A DNA stretch of 61,305 nucleotides, the filler included. It is 12 parts of 12 records of this genome, joined end to end, with 100 filler letters (N's around TTAATTAATTAA, not from the genome) between each part and the next. Parts side by side here need not be neighbours in the genome. Positions count along the whole stretch, not along the records: positions 1 to 8,413 come from SRR15195285_8440; positions 8,514 to 12,724 come from SRR15195285_8443; 10 more parts are not named here. One strand, written 5' to 3'. The notes under the pieces were generated by a model that searched no databases, was not told where the DNA came from, and was given only the letters and a program-made list of their open reading frames with translations. The number at the start of each line of letters is the position of its first letter. The stretch's first letter is position 1. Shown here piece after piece: positions 1 through 11,500 of this stretch. A program made the position numbers and the translations under genes.

Positions 1-1
1 G

Positions 2-607
2 TGCGTGGCCTTCCTGAACAGCGCGAACGATGCGGCTGATGCCTCGTATGAGCACCTGACTACAACGGTAGTCACTTTGGCCAGCAGCACCGACGACCAG
101 CACATTACGTATCAGCTCATTGCGTCGTTAGACACCTCGACCGCGAGCAACATGTACACAATCTTCGGTACCGATGTTTCGCCGATGTCCTGGCCAGCTG
201 CTTATCAGTGCGCCACACCATTTGGGGCAAATACGGGCGGCACAAATGAGGCCTTCTGGGCGATCGCGAACAATGCTGCGATAGGTTTCGCCGAGTTTGA
301 CTCGTGGTTGTCCGTCGGCATAACTGGCGGAGACACCGCTGGTGCGCTAAGCACAATCGGATTGGACTTCGACCTGTGGGACGAGCAAACCCCGCTGGAG
401 TCGCACGATGGTGCCGTGTTCTGGATGGCTCCCGACCAGGCCCCCGGCGGCGAAGTGATTGTCGGCCAGATCACCGTTGCTGCAGGGTCGAGCGGCACGG
501 TTGCGATGGGAATGCAAGGACGGCCGGCCGTGGATCCAGCGACTGGAGCGGTTTCGGTGGGCTCCGATTGGACGGAAGAGAACGTGGAGTTCACGTACGG
601 CGAGTGA
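2..607 (+). CDS. 3' fragment of a probably secreted protein with an uncharacterised beta-rich domain
   Basis: Open from the window edge to TGA 605-607. Motifs NMYTIFG, AYQ..PFG, FDSWLSVG and VIVGQITV recall, from memory, a domain of marine Bacteroidetes/Planctomycetes surface proteins. Confidence 0.55.
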   Translation, partial: CVAFLNSANDAADASYEHLTTTVVTLASSTDDQHITYQLIASLDTSTASNMYTIFGTDVSPMSWPAAYQCATPFGANTGGTNEAFWAIANNAAIGFAEFDSWLSVGITGGDTAGALSTIGLDFDLWDEQTPLESHDGAVFWMAPDQAPGGEVIVGQITVAAGSSGTVAMGMQGRPAVDPATGAVSVGSDWTEENVEFTYGE

Positions 608-1280
608 GCAGCTGGGTTCCTCGCCGCCTGCGTTCGCGGCAGCGGATAGTGTAGGCGCGGACGCGTCCGAAAAGCGCAATTGAGCGCGGGTCAATAGCCG
701 TGTTTTGCTGGTCAGCAGCGACTACCTCTCTCTTGTCTGCGCTGGAGGTTGGATGTTTTCTGGGGTAGTCGCGAGCGATAATAGTAGTTGTGCAAATAAT
801 ACACTTGGTTATGTTCATTTGCTGTTGGAATTCCCGGTACCAATCTTCGTGTATCTAGCGTCGTCAAAGCCGTGGGCTGCTGTCACGAGCCTCGACACTG
901 GAGCCCGGGCTACAGCGAGACCTTGGCGCGTTGGGGCGGAAAACCGCTCGTACAGCACAGAGGGCTAGCTGTAGCGCTCTGTGTTCGAAACACAGAGCTT
1001 GCGAGTTCATGCCACCTGGATCGGCTTCCGCACGGCCACACACACGGGCCCGTATGCCCTGTATGTCGCTCTTTTAAATATGTTCCGGCGCTTGATATTG
1101 GTTGCGGGCCTATCGCATGGTGACTCGGGGCAACCGATCCAATTTGGGCAAGGGCAAGCAGTGCAGAGCCCGAGCAATGAATACTGGCCGACCGGGAACG
1201 GCTGTTCATGAATACTATCCTCTAGCTAGAGAATACCGTAGCTACTGGTACTGTACAGCTGTATGTTTTCCCTCGGACGT

Positions 1281-1325
1281 CGGCGGCTCCAGACACGGTG
1301 CAGCGGCTCCAGACACGGTGCAGCG
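1281..1325. repeat. 20-bp tandem duplication (C[G/A]GCGGCTCCAGACACGGTG x2.2)
   Basis: Units at 1281-1300 and 1301-1320 plus partial CAGCG. Confidence 0.9.
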
Positions 1326-2579
1326 AGATAATATCCGTCCGGATCAGCTGCCACGACGTCACGCGTGTGGGCTCAGAGACCACTTCAAATTGGCATTCAT
1401 TCTGGTAAACATGCGATCTATATATGAGAAAAGATTACGAGTCTATATTCACCAACTCCACGCGCTCTGACGTGCACAAGTAGAATAGGATCCTACCATT
1501 GGCGGGAGTAGGGGGATTGATTCTGACTGGAAAACCGTCCTCCAGTTTTGACTGATTCCACGAAGATCGAACCACAATCTGCAACAATTCAAGCCGGAGT
1601 CCCAGCCACAATGATTTCCCTGTCAACGCGAGCCCAAATCCACGACTCGTAGCGGTCGCCCCGGTGTCCACCCGATTCCTCAGTGATTTCTATCTAGCGT
1701 GTTCTTGTCGAAATGAGGGAATCCCGACGCAGAGAGACACCAGCTGAGATTCGCAGATTTTCCAGGGGAGATCTGAGATTTTTTGGAGATTCGCATCCGC
1801 CCCATACAATTGACTGGGCAGAGCTGGTCGCCCCGTTTCACATCCCCGTACGCAGGGTTGACGTCGGCTGGGAGCGGTGCTCACTTTGTGCTTGAGGGAG
1901 AGGAAGGGGTGGGGACGGAGCGGGTGGGGGGGGGGGGCTCATCGTTTTGTGGACCGGACGCTGGGAGAGAGGGGCGGACGGGGGTCCCATACTGTTGAGT
2001 GGGGACCTGGCTTGGCTCCCGGGGGAGGGATCAACCTGCTCTAGCTGCTCTGGGATCGAGCGGGTCTAGTGTGGTGGTGGTGGTGGTGTGGGGAGGGATT
2101 GGGCACTGCCTGCAAGGCAGAGTTGTTTTTGTTGGAGATTCGCCCTCCGTCCGGTAGGCGGACACGTGTTGATTTCGTGCTGCGCAGGCTGTGGATTTCT
2201 CAGCGGCGGCTGCTTGGAGTTTTGCGGCGTTGTTGCAGAGGGCGGGAGGCAGAGGGAAGGCATCACTGAGCCGCCGCTGCCTTGACGCATGCTGCGGGAT
2301 TGCACGGAGAGCGCTCGCTGCTGACAGCGCGGCGCTGGGCGGGGAGCAGGGAGCTCACGGCGACGCACGAGCCACGTAGGGACAGCTAGAGCTGTCGCCT
2401 GAGCTTGCGACGTCGGCCGCCTGCGTGCGTTCTCGCTCGTCGCTCGCTCGGTGTATCCCGCTTGGCGCGTGCCATGCGCGCACCCCGTTGTGGAGCACGG
2501 GCGGCACGCCGCCGCGCCCTGCGCGGCGCATGAACCGACCCCTGTGAGGCGGTGTCCCGGTGCAGGTGTTCGTCGAGAT

Positions 2580-5500
2580 ATGCTGGACAGATTCGTTGAC
2601 CCGCCGCACATGTCAGACACGGAGAGGGCGGGAGATGCCACTGAGCATCTGCCGACAACGTTGCCTGGTGAACACTGCGCCTCACGCGTGGTCCACAGGG
2701 ATGCAGCGTTGGTTGGGTCCGCCACATCGCACGAGATTAGCGCTGGTGACGTCGCGGATCCTGGTGCCTCGCTGGAGCTGCAAAGCCGCCTCCGCGGAGG
2801 CGCAGCAGACGCACAGGACAATGCGCAAAAAGACGGCGATGAAGAAGAGGACTACGTTAGCCCGGTCAGGCATCTGTGGAACCTGCTGTCGGGCGAGACG
2901 CAAGGCCCTGCCGGGCCTCTAGTGCCGATGACACTGTACATTATGTTTCTGCAGTCTGGATTTCTGTTGGCCCAAATTTCCACGACGTTCATGGTGATTT
3001 CGCAATGGGGTGTCGACGATATCCCGAAAATGATTCTGGGTGTCGCTCTGGCGGAATTGCTGAAGTTGCCACCACTACTTTACTGGGAGGGCAGGGTCTA
3101 CCAGCGACAAGTCGTGGTCATCGCCCTGCTAACAACCCAGGTTGTCTTTGTCATGTTGCAGTTGTTTTACGTTTCGTCGCTGGAGTGGGGCACTTGGTCA
3201 CTACTTGGCTTGTTTTCTCAGAAGTGGAAGCGGACCTCGGCGCTGGTAACGTACGTGCTGGTCGAAGTTATGGCAGCGTACAACCTTGACGCGTACTGGC
3301 TCCTGCTGGAAGAGGGTTGCAATATTCAGCAAGCCAAGCAGGTGTTTCGTGTCGTCAACAACGGGCAGGCTGCAGCGTTGTTTGTGGTCGGCCTGTTTGT
3401 CGGTTACGTACCGTGGTCCTTCTACATGACAGCTGCCTCGTTGATGTCGGTCACCACGGTCCTTCTACTCCCTTGCCAGGTTCTCATCCTGGTTGTCGCT
3501 CCAGCAAGCCAGAAGACGGCAGCGAACGCAGAGAAAGATCGGGAGTGGGCAAGACAGAGGGCGGCCAAGGAGAAAGAGCGCCGGAAAAAGGCCGCTGCCA
3601 AAGCGGCCTTGAAGGGGGGTCATGCTGAGCGAATGGCCGAGGACTTCGAGGAGGCAGATGCTGACCATGGCATCGTTGGGAGAATCAGAAACCTCTTGCT
3701 AGACCCGATGGTCCCATACATGGCCGTCACGTGTGCTCTGATGTTTAGTTTTGACGCTATCTACCAGTGGCAGTTCTTTACGTTGCTTGAGGTCAGCGTC
3801 CGCGCAACCAACCTGCAATGCACTACACATGGGTCGTATGGGGGTTACTTTCCACGAATTTGTTCGGAAGAATTTCATGCTTCCGCGCACCCAGAGCGGG
3901 ATTATCCTAAGGTGCAAACAGAAGGGGATGACACGTACCTGGGTCGGTATGGATATGACGGGAACAACGAGGAATGCGCACAGTTGGCTCTCTTTCCCAG
4001 CCAGCCCGGCATCGTCAACTACATGTTTCCTGAGATCCTGGATGAGCCGCAGGACGGAGACTGGGACGACAGGGACCCTTCAACCTGGAGCGGGGTGCCA
4101 CCATACAGACTTGCTGGGATAGACAGCACTGATGTATGTCAGTGGTGCGAGATTCGAGCGGCACCGAACTACGACACTGAACCATCTCTAATATGGTCCT
4201 CAGCCATCAATGGCGGACCGTTGTGCAACGGTGGCTCTGAAGAGCATCCAGATTGCAAGTACTTTGCATCAAAGCTGCCTTTCGAAGAAGAGGCCGCCCT
4301 CAATGACCCTCAAACAAAGGAGCGTATGCAGGCTGAAGGTCAGACGTATGACATAGATGTCGACTACACGACGTATCTCGGTCGTGTGTCATCAAAACCG
4401 AAAGGTATGCCAGACGGTCGCTGGGAGACGCTACCACAGATGGATATTGTAGTAGTCGGGTACGACAAGCCGTTCACAATGGCCGCGTTTGTGCTGGGTG
4501 ATACTGGGGTGGGCAACAACGTTACCATCACGAAGGAAGAATGCACGCAACTTTTAGGCACCATGGAGAAGAACACTTTGTGCTGTCAAGACACGGAGTG
4601 CGATTCTGGAGTGAGAAGGTACCCATCGGGAACGGATGGGGTGTCTTACTCGTACTGGCCTACAGTCAGATTCGACAAAGGCGACAAAGGAGCAACGATT
4701 GCCCCAAAACCAAAGCCAGGGTTCATTGAATCATTCGACTCCGACTGGGGCCTTCCCTACGAAGTACCCGCAGGCGTGTTTCAGAATGTTGACGGCAATG
4801 AGCCCAGAGAAATGACAACTAAACACTGTGCCTCAGGAAATCTGAACAAATTTCACCGCCCCGAGAGCGACAGGGTTTTCTTCGAGCGCGTAAACGCTGA
4901 CCTCGCTGTCTATCAGGGCATAATGAGAATGGTTGCTGCCATGATTCAACCTGGGAACTTGATAGTGAACGGATACATACTGGATCGATACGGCCTTTTC
5001 GGTGTTATAATGCTGCTGCCCGGATATTGCATTCTCTACAATATTTTCAATCAGTACTCTTCCGAGCTAGTAACCGTCGTCTTCACCAGGGCGTTATACA
5101 TAAGCACCTTCACAAACAATGCAGCATCTGCTCGTGTACTGTGGTATGCTGTCCCTGACAGCGTCAAAGCGACAGCATACCCCATCATTGCAGACATTTT
5201 GCCTGCGGGAGCTAGGGGTGTGGGCGCGTTGCTCACACTGTTCATGCAGGCGGCTGGGTTGACTGCAGGCAATTGGGTTTTGTCAGCGATCATGATTGTT
5301 GGCTCGATGACTTGGCTTAGCATTATTCACGTGGGATTGCGTGCTGGATACGCGACGCACTTGGCACAAAGCCTCAGCACGCGCGCAGCTGGTAGCGAAT
5401 ACATTCAGTTCGATGTGAAGGACAGCAAGGTTGTTGGGTACATTATGGACTTCCTGTTGCTCGGCGACTCGGGACAGAGACAGTTCATTCTGAATCTACT

Positions 5501-8413
5501 CAAGGGACATCCGCTGGACCCGTTCTATGATGTGCTAACTCATCTATACACGCTAAGGCCTGACGTTGAGACCACCGCAAAGCTGATTGAACTCGTTCGT
5601 TTGCATGAAACAGTGATTTCCGACGAGGATCTCATGCACGTCATTGGTGACAGTTACGAAGAACCGAAGGTTGTTGCGGCAGCACTGTTGGCTATTGGGG
5701 CCAGACGTTTGAAGGACGCACAGGGCAGCATCGAACAACTGTTGTTCAACAGCAAGCATGAAATTGTGCAGCTCAACGCCGCACTTGCAGTGCTCCATCT
5801 GAAACCAGATGAGAACGATCGGGCCAAGGTGCGCACGATTCTCATCAAGGAGCTCAGTTTGGAGAATTCCACGGAAGCCAGAGAGCTTTGCCTGCGGCAA
5901 CTGGCTGTAGCACTTCACCAGAAAGTCGTACTTCCGCCCCCAAGCAATCATGGTGGGACTGCGAAGTTTGACTTCTCCCGGCTGCCGAGGCCCAGGTCCC
6001 GGCAAATCAAGCGACTCGGCCTAGATTACGTTTTGCCCCTTGTCGCCCTGAGTCTCACAGACGTCGGTACCGCAGAAATCGCTGCTGAAGTGTTGGACTT
6101 GTTCGACAGCAACGAAGTGCAACACCTGTTTGCACAGTTGTTACGATCCGAGGAAGACTCGGAAGAGCGTGTGCGCATGTTTTGCAAGCAACCCGTGTTT
6201 GATTATCTTGCAGGCAACTCGAGGCGAACATACGACAACAGGATATGCGACACATTGCTCAAGCTAGACATACTGCAGAATCCAGATTCGCTCGGGAGCA
6301 AGGTGTCAACCATGGTATTCCGCGCAGTCATAGCGATTGCTCAAAATGCGCCACTCAAGCGCGCACAGAGCGATGTTGTGAGGGAGATGATTGAGAAAGA
6401 TTTGGAGCGGGCATACAGAAAGCTTTCAATGCTCTACTGGCTCGGGGCAGTGTCTTTCAGCGAAATGCTGCAAAGCTTCATCGAGCAGCAGCTGCAAATG
6501 ACCAAAGAGCGAATCCTCATGCTACTATCTTCCCTATGCCCGTACGATCCAGTGGACGAGTACGCGGATGTTGTACTAGCTGCTGACGATGAGGATGAGT
6601 ATGCAAACGCTATGGAGCTAATCGAAGCTGTAGCCCCGGCCGAGTTGTGGCTGAAGATCCAGCCAATCCTTGCGCCTGACGGTGACTTGACCTTGGCTGA
6701 CCGCGTGCGAGTCGGTAAACGACTGTATTCCGATATGGTAGAGTCTATAGACGATGCATTGGAAGACTACATGAAGTCGGATAGTGAGATTTGGCCAGCA
6801 TTTGTCCTGGATATGTGCATCAAGAATGAGCTATACGACTTCCTTGACTCGGTGACTTGGGTAGATATCCGAGACACTGTCTCTGAGATGTATGAAGAGA
6901 AAAGGCAGGGACGACTGACCGATGGTTCGCACCTGCTGCTAGAGATCATCAGTCGCGACAAACAGATGGCACGGAAAAAATTGCAAGTGCTCAAGGAGGA
7001 GATCGTTCAAGACGAACGGCGTAGAGAAATGAGAAATGACATGAAAAACATTGGCGCAAACAACACAGGGATGAAGCTCAAGCGTACTCTGCTGTCTCGG
7101 GTCACCACCGCGGCGTCCTTTGACGGCAGCCAAGATTTCTTGCAACCGCAGACCCGAAGTCAGAACAGTGTTGATCGAAATGGCCTGATCTCCGAAGATA
7201 TGTTAAATTCAACAGACTTAGCAGCAGACATGGCTGCAGCAGAGATGGAAGAGCAGGCTGAGCCACAGTCACAACTAGGATCAGTGAAATTGGGTCGCCT
7301 CGACAGAATGCAGATGTCGGTGACGGGTGCCAGCTGGAGTCAAAGTGAGCCGCTTGGCATCGACCAGCTCGCCAGCCAGAGTGGCTACGGCGACTCTATG
7401 TCACCAAGATCACAGAGACAAGCAGTCAACAAAGAGCAGCTGACACAAGAACAGAAGGCGACAGGCTTCTGGTGCTTCAAGCGCCAGTCTGACAAAGACG
7501 ACGAGGTGCTGACCGAAAAGGCTCGGATGGCTGAGCAGCTTGCAGAGCAGAAAGCCAAGGCCACGGCAAGGCAACAACGCTTGGAGTACGAAATACGTTT
7601 CCATCGCGATTTCGGGACAGTTGGTGCGAAAGAGTTGATGGCTCTCAGACCGGAGCCAGAGCGTCTCGGGGCAACCCTGGCAAAGCACGAGCTGGAAGAG
7701 GAACTTACTGTTCCAACCATCGTTGACGTAGATGTTGATATAATGGACAACTTTGTGGATGGTGGGGCGCAAGTTGACGAGGCTCGGGTGGAAAAGAAAG
7801 GCTGGAAGTCTGTGTTCCGAAAGGCCAAAGGCACCAAAGACAACTTTCTGGTGGTTGACGAAGACGATAAAGCTGCCACATCGAAGAAGAAACGGAAAAA
7901 GAAAGCCAAGGAACTAACAGGCGAGTCCATCCAAGGAGGACCAGCTGACGAACGCGAGGCGGAGCTGATTAGGCTTTTCCACCTCGGTTATCGAGAGCTC
8001 TTCTTCAAGTGCGACATCAAACATACGCGCGAGCTGGACGACGAGGAGCTCGCAGAGCTGCCACGAGTCCTCGCAATCCAGCTTGGCGAAGATGAAATCG
8101 AGGTGATCCGAAAGGAGATGGATGCAGACAAGCAAGGGTTCATTAGTTGGGGTAACTGGATGAATTGGTGGCGTGGCAACAGTGAAGGATATCAACTGTT
8201 ATTGGACAAGAAGGCAGAGGCACTTGAGCTAAAGCAAGCACGTGATCTGGAGCGTCGTGAGCTTGCACAGACCCAAGCAAAGCAAACAGCAGAAGACGTG
8301 CTCGACTACTGGACGCCTGGCACGAAAGCAAAGCTTATACAGCTTGCCGAACGGCGTGTCGAGGTTGCAGGCAAAGGCAGGGGTACAGTGCTGGAGGGTA
8401 GCAAGAAGGGTCT
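2580..8413 (+). CDS. HEAT-repeat NTT/TLC (Npt1/Npt2-like) MFS transporter with Cys-rich insertion and EF-hand pair; 3' truncated
   Basis: Intronless ORF of >1900 aa. Two blocks of hydrophobic helices (about 2930-3790 and 4900-5350) with motifs FLQSGFLL...WGVDDIP and YWLLLEEGCNIQQAKQVF (cf. FW..A...FN.RQ.KRLF). HEAT-like helices about 5450-6900. EF-hand-like loops DIKHTRELDDEE and DADKQGFISWGN. Start uncertain (ATG 2580 or 2610). Confidence 0.7.
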
Positions 8414-8513
8414 NNNNNNNNNNNNNNNNNNNNNNNNNNNNNNNNNNNNNNNNNNNNTTAATTAATTAANNNNNNNNNNNNNNNNNNNNNNNNNNNNNNN
8501 NNNNNNNNNNNNN
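8414..8513. other. Artificial contig spacer (44N-TTAATTAATTAA-44N); also at 12725-12824, 17088-17187, 23211-23310, 27564-27663, 31928-32027, 37810-37909, 43984-44083, 47199-47298, 51766-51865 and 55880-55979
   Basis: Identical 100-nt structure with a six-frame stop linker at all 11 positions; genes are truncated at several of them. Confidence 0.99.
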
Positions 8514-11500
8514 GCTGCTGCTGCTGCTGCTGCTGCTGCAGTTCCTGCTGCTGCTGCAGTTCTTGCTTCACTGAAGTAAACATTTCCGCTGCGGTCTGAC
8601 CTGAGGCTCTAGCTTTGTTGGATTCAACCTCGTCCATCTGCTGACCATCGGGCCGCATCTTATCCACAGCAGTTGTCATGAATCCATCGCTCCCAGAGTC
8701 ACCGGCCGCCCGCATCCATGCAGGCAATTTTCGGACCTTGCCTTTTTCTCGGTCGCGTACTTGGCTGGGATTCGCCCGCTCGACCGCCTTTTGAACCTGA
8801 ACTTTCATTGCCTTTGTCTCGGGGTCGTCGTTCGCGTGCCCACTGACTTTCAACAGCAGGGATCCGTCGGAACGCGTGCGGACAAATCTGCACGGAATCC
8901 AGCGGTTCGCAGATCGGCTGAAGTACTCGACCTTTGCACCTGTCGCGAACGCAGTCGGTATGTGTGCTGGAACCACACCGTCCATGTCATCAGCGTTATC
9001 GCCTCCACACTGCTGACCCCACTCAGCCTCCTTTGCTTCTTCTTTGACCGTTACAGTCGCAACTGCCTCCTTGACTTGAGCACGTTGCGTTGCTTCTTGT
9101 TCATGGGCCAGCCTTTGCTGCTCTGGCCTCGACTTGTCCATCGCAGCCACTTCTTGGTCATCTTTCAGTCGTGCGGCTGGATGCGCTTGTGCCTCAGCAT
9201 TTGCCTTTGCCTTTGCAGCTTCCACTTCCGCCGCGGTGACCAGGGGCAGTCCAAGCTCAGACCGAAGCTGTTCTGCTTCGTGCTTCTTCACAGCCAGCTC
9301 TTTCTGATGCATCTCGAGCAGCTCTGTTGTCTTTTGGATCTTTACGCGAGCTCGCTTCCCAACGCCGACTGCTTCCGTGGTCACAGAAAACCTTGGCAAA
9401 TGCTGCGTTGGACTACCAGTAGGCTCCTCCCGCGCTACTTCATAGCAAGCATGGCAGGCGTCAAGATCACAAAACGTGCAGCTATGTATTGGAGCTTTCT
9501 TCAGTTCCTGGCGGCAACCATCACAGAGAACGCCGCGGTTCAATTGATACTGATTGCGCACCGTGCTTTCCGACAAACCGTGCGGACATTTCAATCTCGA
9601 CAAATTTGTAATACACGCTGCAAAACGTGTTTGCCTCTCAGCGAACATATCTGCTTGCTCTCTTGCTGTTTTAATGTTCCCACCGACCTCCCAAATCATC
9701 TCCGTTTCTCTGCTCCTCAAAAACTCCTGCACCTTAGCATGATGGTGCGAGGCTTTCACAAATTTGCTGTCGACCAAGTCCTTGACTTCAGCTTCACGTA
9801 TCGTGATATTTTCCTCCAATTTTCGTAGTTTCCGTTCGTTTTCCCGCCGGCGTTCCTCTTTGGCCTTCTTTTCTTCTTGCTGTTTGAGCTGCATTTCCAC
9901 CTGTTCTCGAGCCTCCAGCTGAGTCTGAACAATGGTATACACAGAATGATGCTGCAGACCGCGCTGCTGCAGACCCATAGCAAGCTCATTCCATGCTTCA
10001 AGTTGGCTTGAGCGAGTCACTGGTGCTTCACGTAATCCTGATTGAATTCCTGACAGGATATCCTGGGCATTCGCTCGCACGAACTCGTCGCGTACTGTGG
10101 TCATGTCAATTACCAATCCAATCAAATCAGCGTTGATAATCTCGTCATCATCACCGCTCTCTAGCGGGTCATACATTTCTTTGTCTTCAAAATCGAAATG
10201 ATCGAGGTGTGCAGCGACAATGCGGCACACCGCGTGTAGTTTCTCTTCTCTGTTGGCCACCACCTGTGCTCGAACAAGCGTTGATGCAAACCCGATCGTC
10301 TTGCATGACACTTCTACATACGGCTGCTCATCCCACGGCTGCTGGACCTCTCTGCATAAGAGATCACGCAACATTTTGAAGACTGTACTGTCGGATTCCA
10401 AGTGGCTACCGACTGCCGCTGTCATGGCAGCGTTGGTATGCTCTGTCGATAGTTCGATGGCATAGTACCGGCTCACGAAAGAGGCCAGTAGCTCTGCGTC
10501 GCCGATCTTGGAGAGTCCCGAGAGTAGTTCTGACCACCCGGGGCCGTCACTACCATCCTTATTGTACACAATATCATCACTGGATACTGCCTGAGTCTTC
10601 CAATACGTTAGCACTTGTTGTGCCATCGCCATTCCTGTCGCAATATTTTGAGTAAGCGCGTCGCAGAGCGCTTGAATGTGAATGTCGGTGCAACGATCTC
10701 TGGCAACCCCCTGCTCTCGTTCTGCTTGAGTAAGGCGCCAGGCGATCTGGACTTCGCAGGCAGCTGCCCACGCCACGAGGAAGTGGCGTTCGTGCAGCTC
10801 GCGACCCTCGTACAAATCGCCGTACCGATCATTCACCACATCGTATTCACCTCCGTTGTAAGTTTCATACTTCGAGAGATCCAAATGTAGCTGATCGAGA
10901 CTCGCCACGCGACCAGTGGTTGGCACGGGGTTCATCTGGCCGTCGGCACCACGCTTGAAACGCCCTTCTGAGCTCTCACCATACAAATCTAAAATGTGTT
11001 CTTGGTCAAAGCACAACTCCAAATTTTCGAACACTGCAGGCATAGATCCACCTTCCACCGGCGCCCAATTTTTGTAGGTCACCATCTTATCCCAGCCGTC
11101 GTACGGATTCGAGCGCTCTTTCTCAAGCTCCACGGTACATCGGTAAAAGCTCAGTCGGCGTTCACATGGCAACAAAGCATTTGCGGCCTGAAGCGTAGCA
11201 TAGACATCTGCGTCTCGGCCTCCCAGGGCGTCCACTCCATGCTGTTGCAAAATTTTGAAATTCGGATGTTCAAGAGGAATGACGAGCATCTTTGAGGTCG
11301 CCGTCGTGCCCCATCGCTCGAGGAGCTTCGGGATCTCCGCAGAAGGAGGTGTCAGACCAGGTGTTGGGCCTTCACCAGCCCAGATCAGAGAGTACACCAG
11401 TGCTAGACGATAGCCCGACTGCACAGCTTCCAGCTTTTGCTCCGCACCATCGAACATTGCAGCGTAGTGGCAGCCAAACTCTGCCGGTGAAGCTTCACTG

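Noticed and set aside
8514-8560. CAG/CTG, CA, CT and poly-C tracts at contig ends as functional elements
   Set aside because: Simple repeats that probably caused the assembly breaks.
8761-9828. Long antisense or overlapping ORFs (355 aa here; also 2066-2821, 22046-22885, 43040-43822, 59276-60160)
   Set aside because: Shadow frames of real genes in GC-rich DNA with no recognisable motifs.
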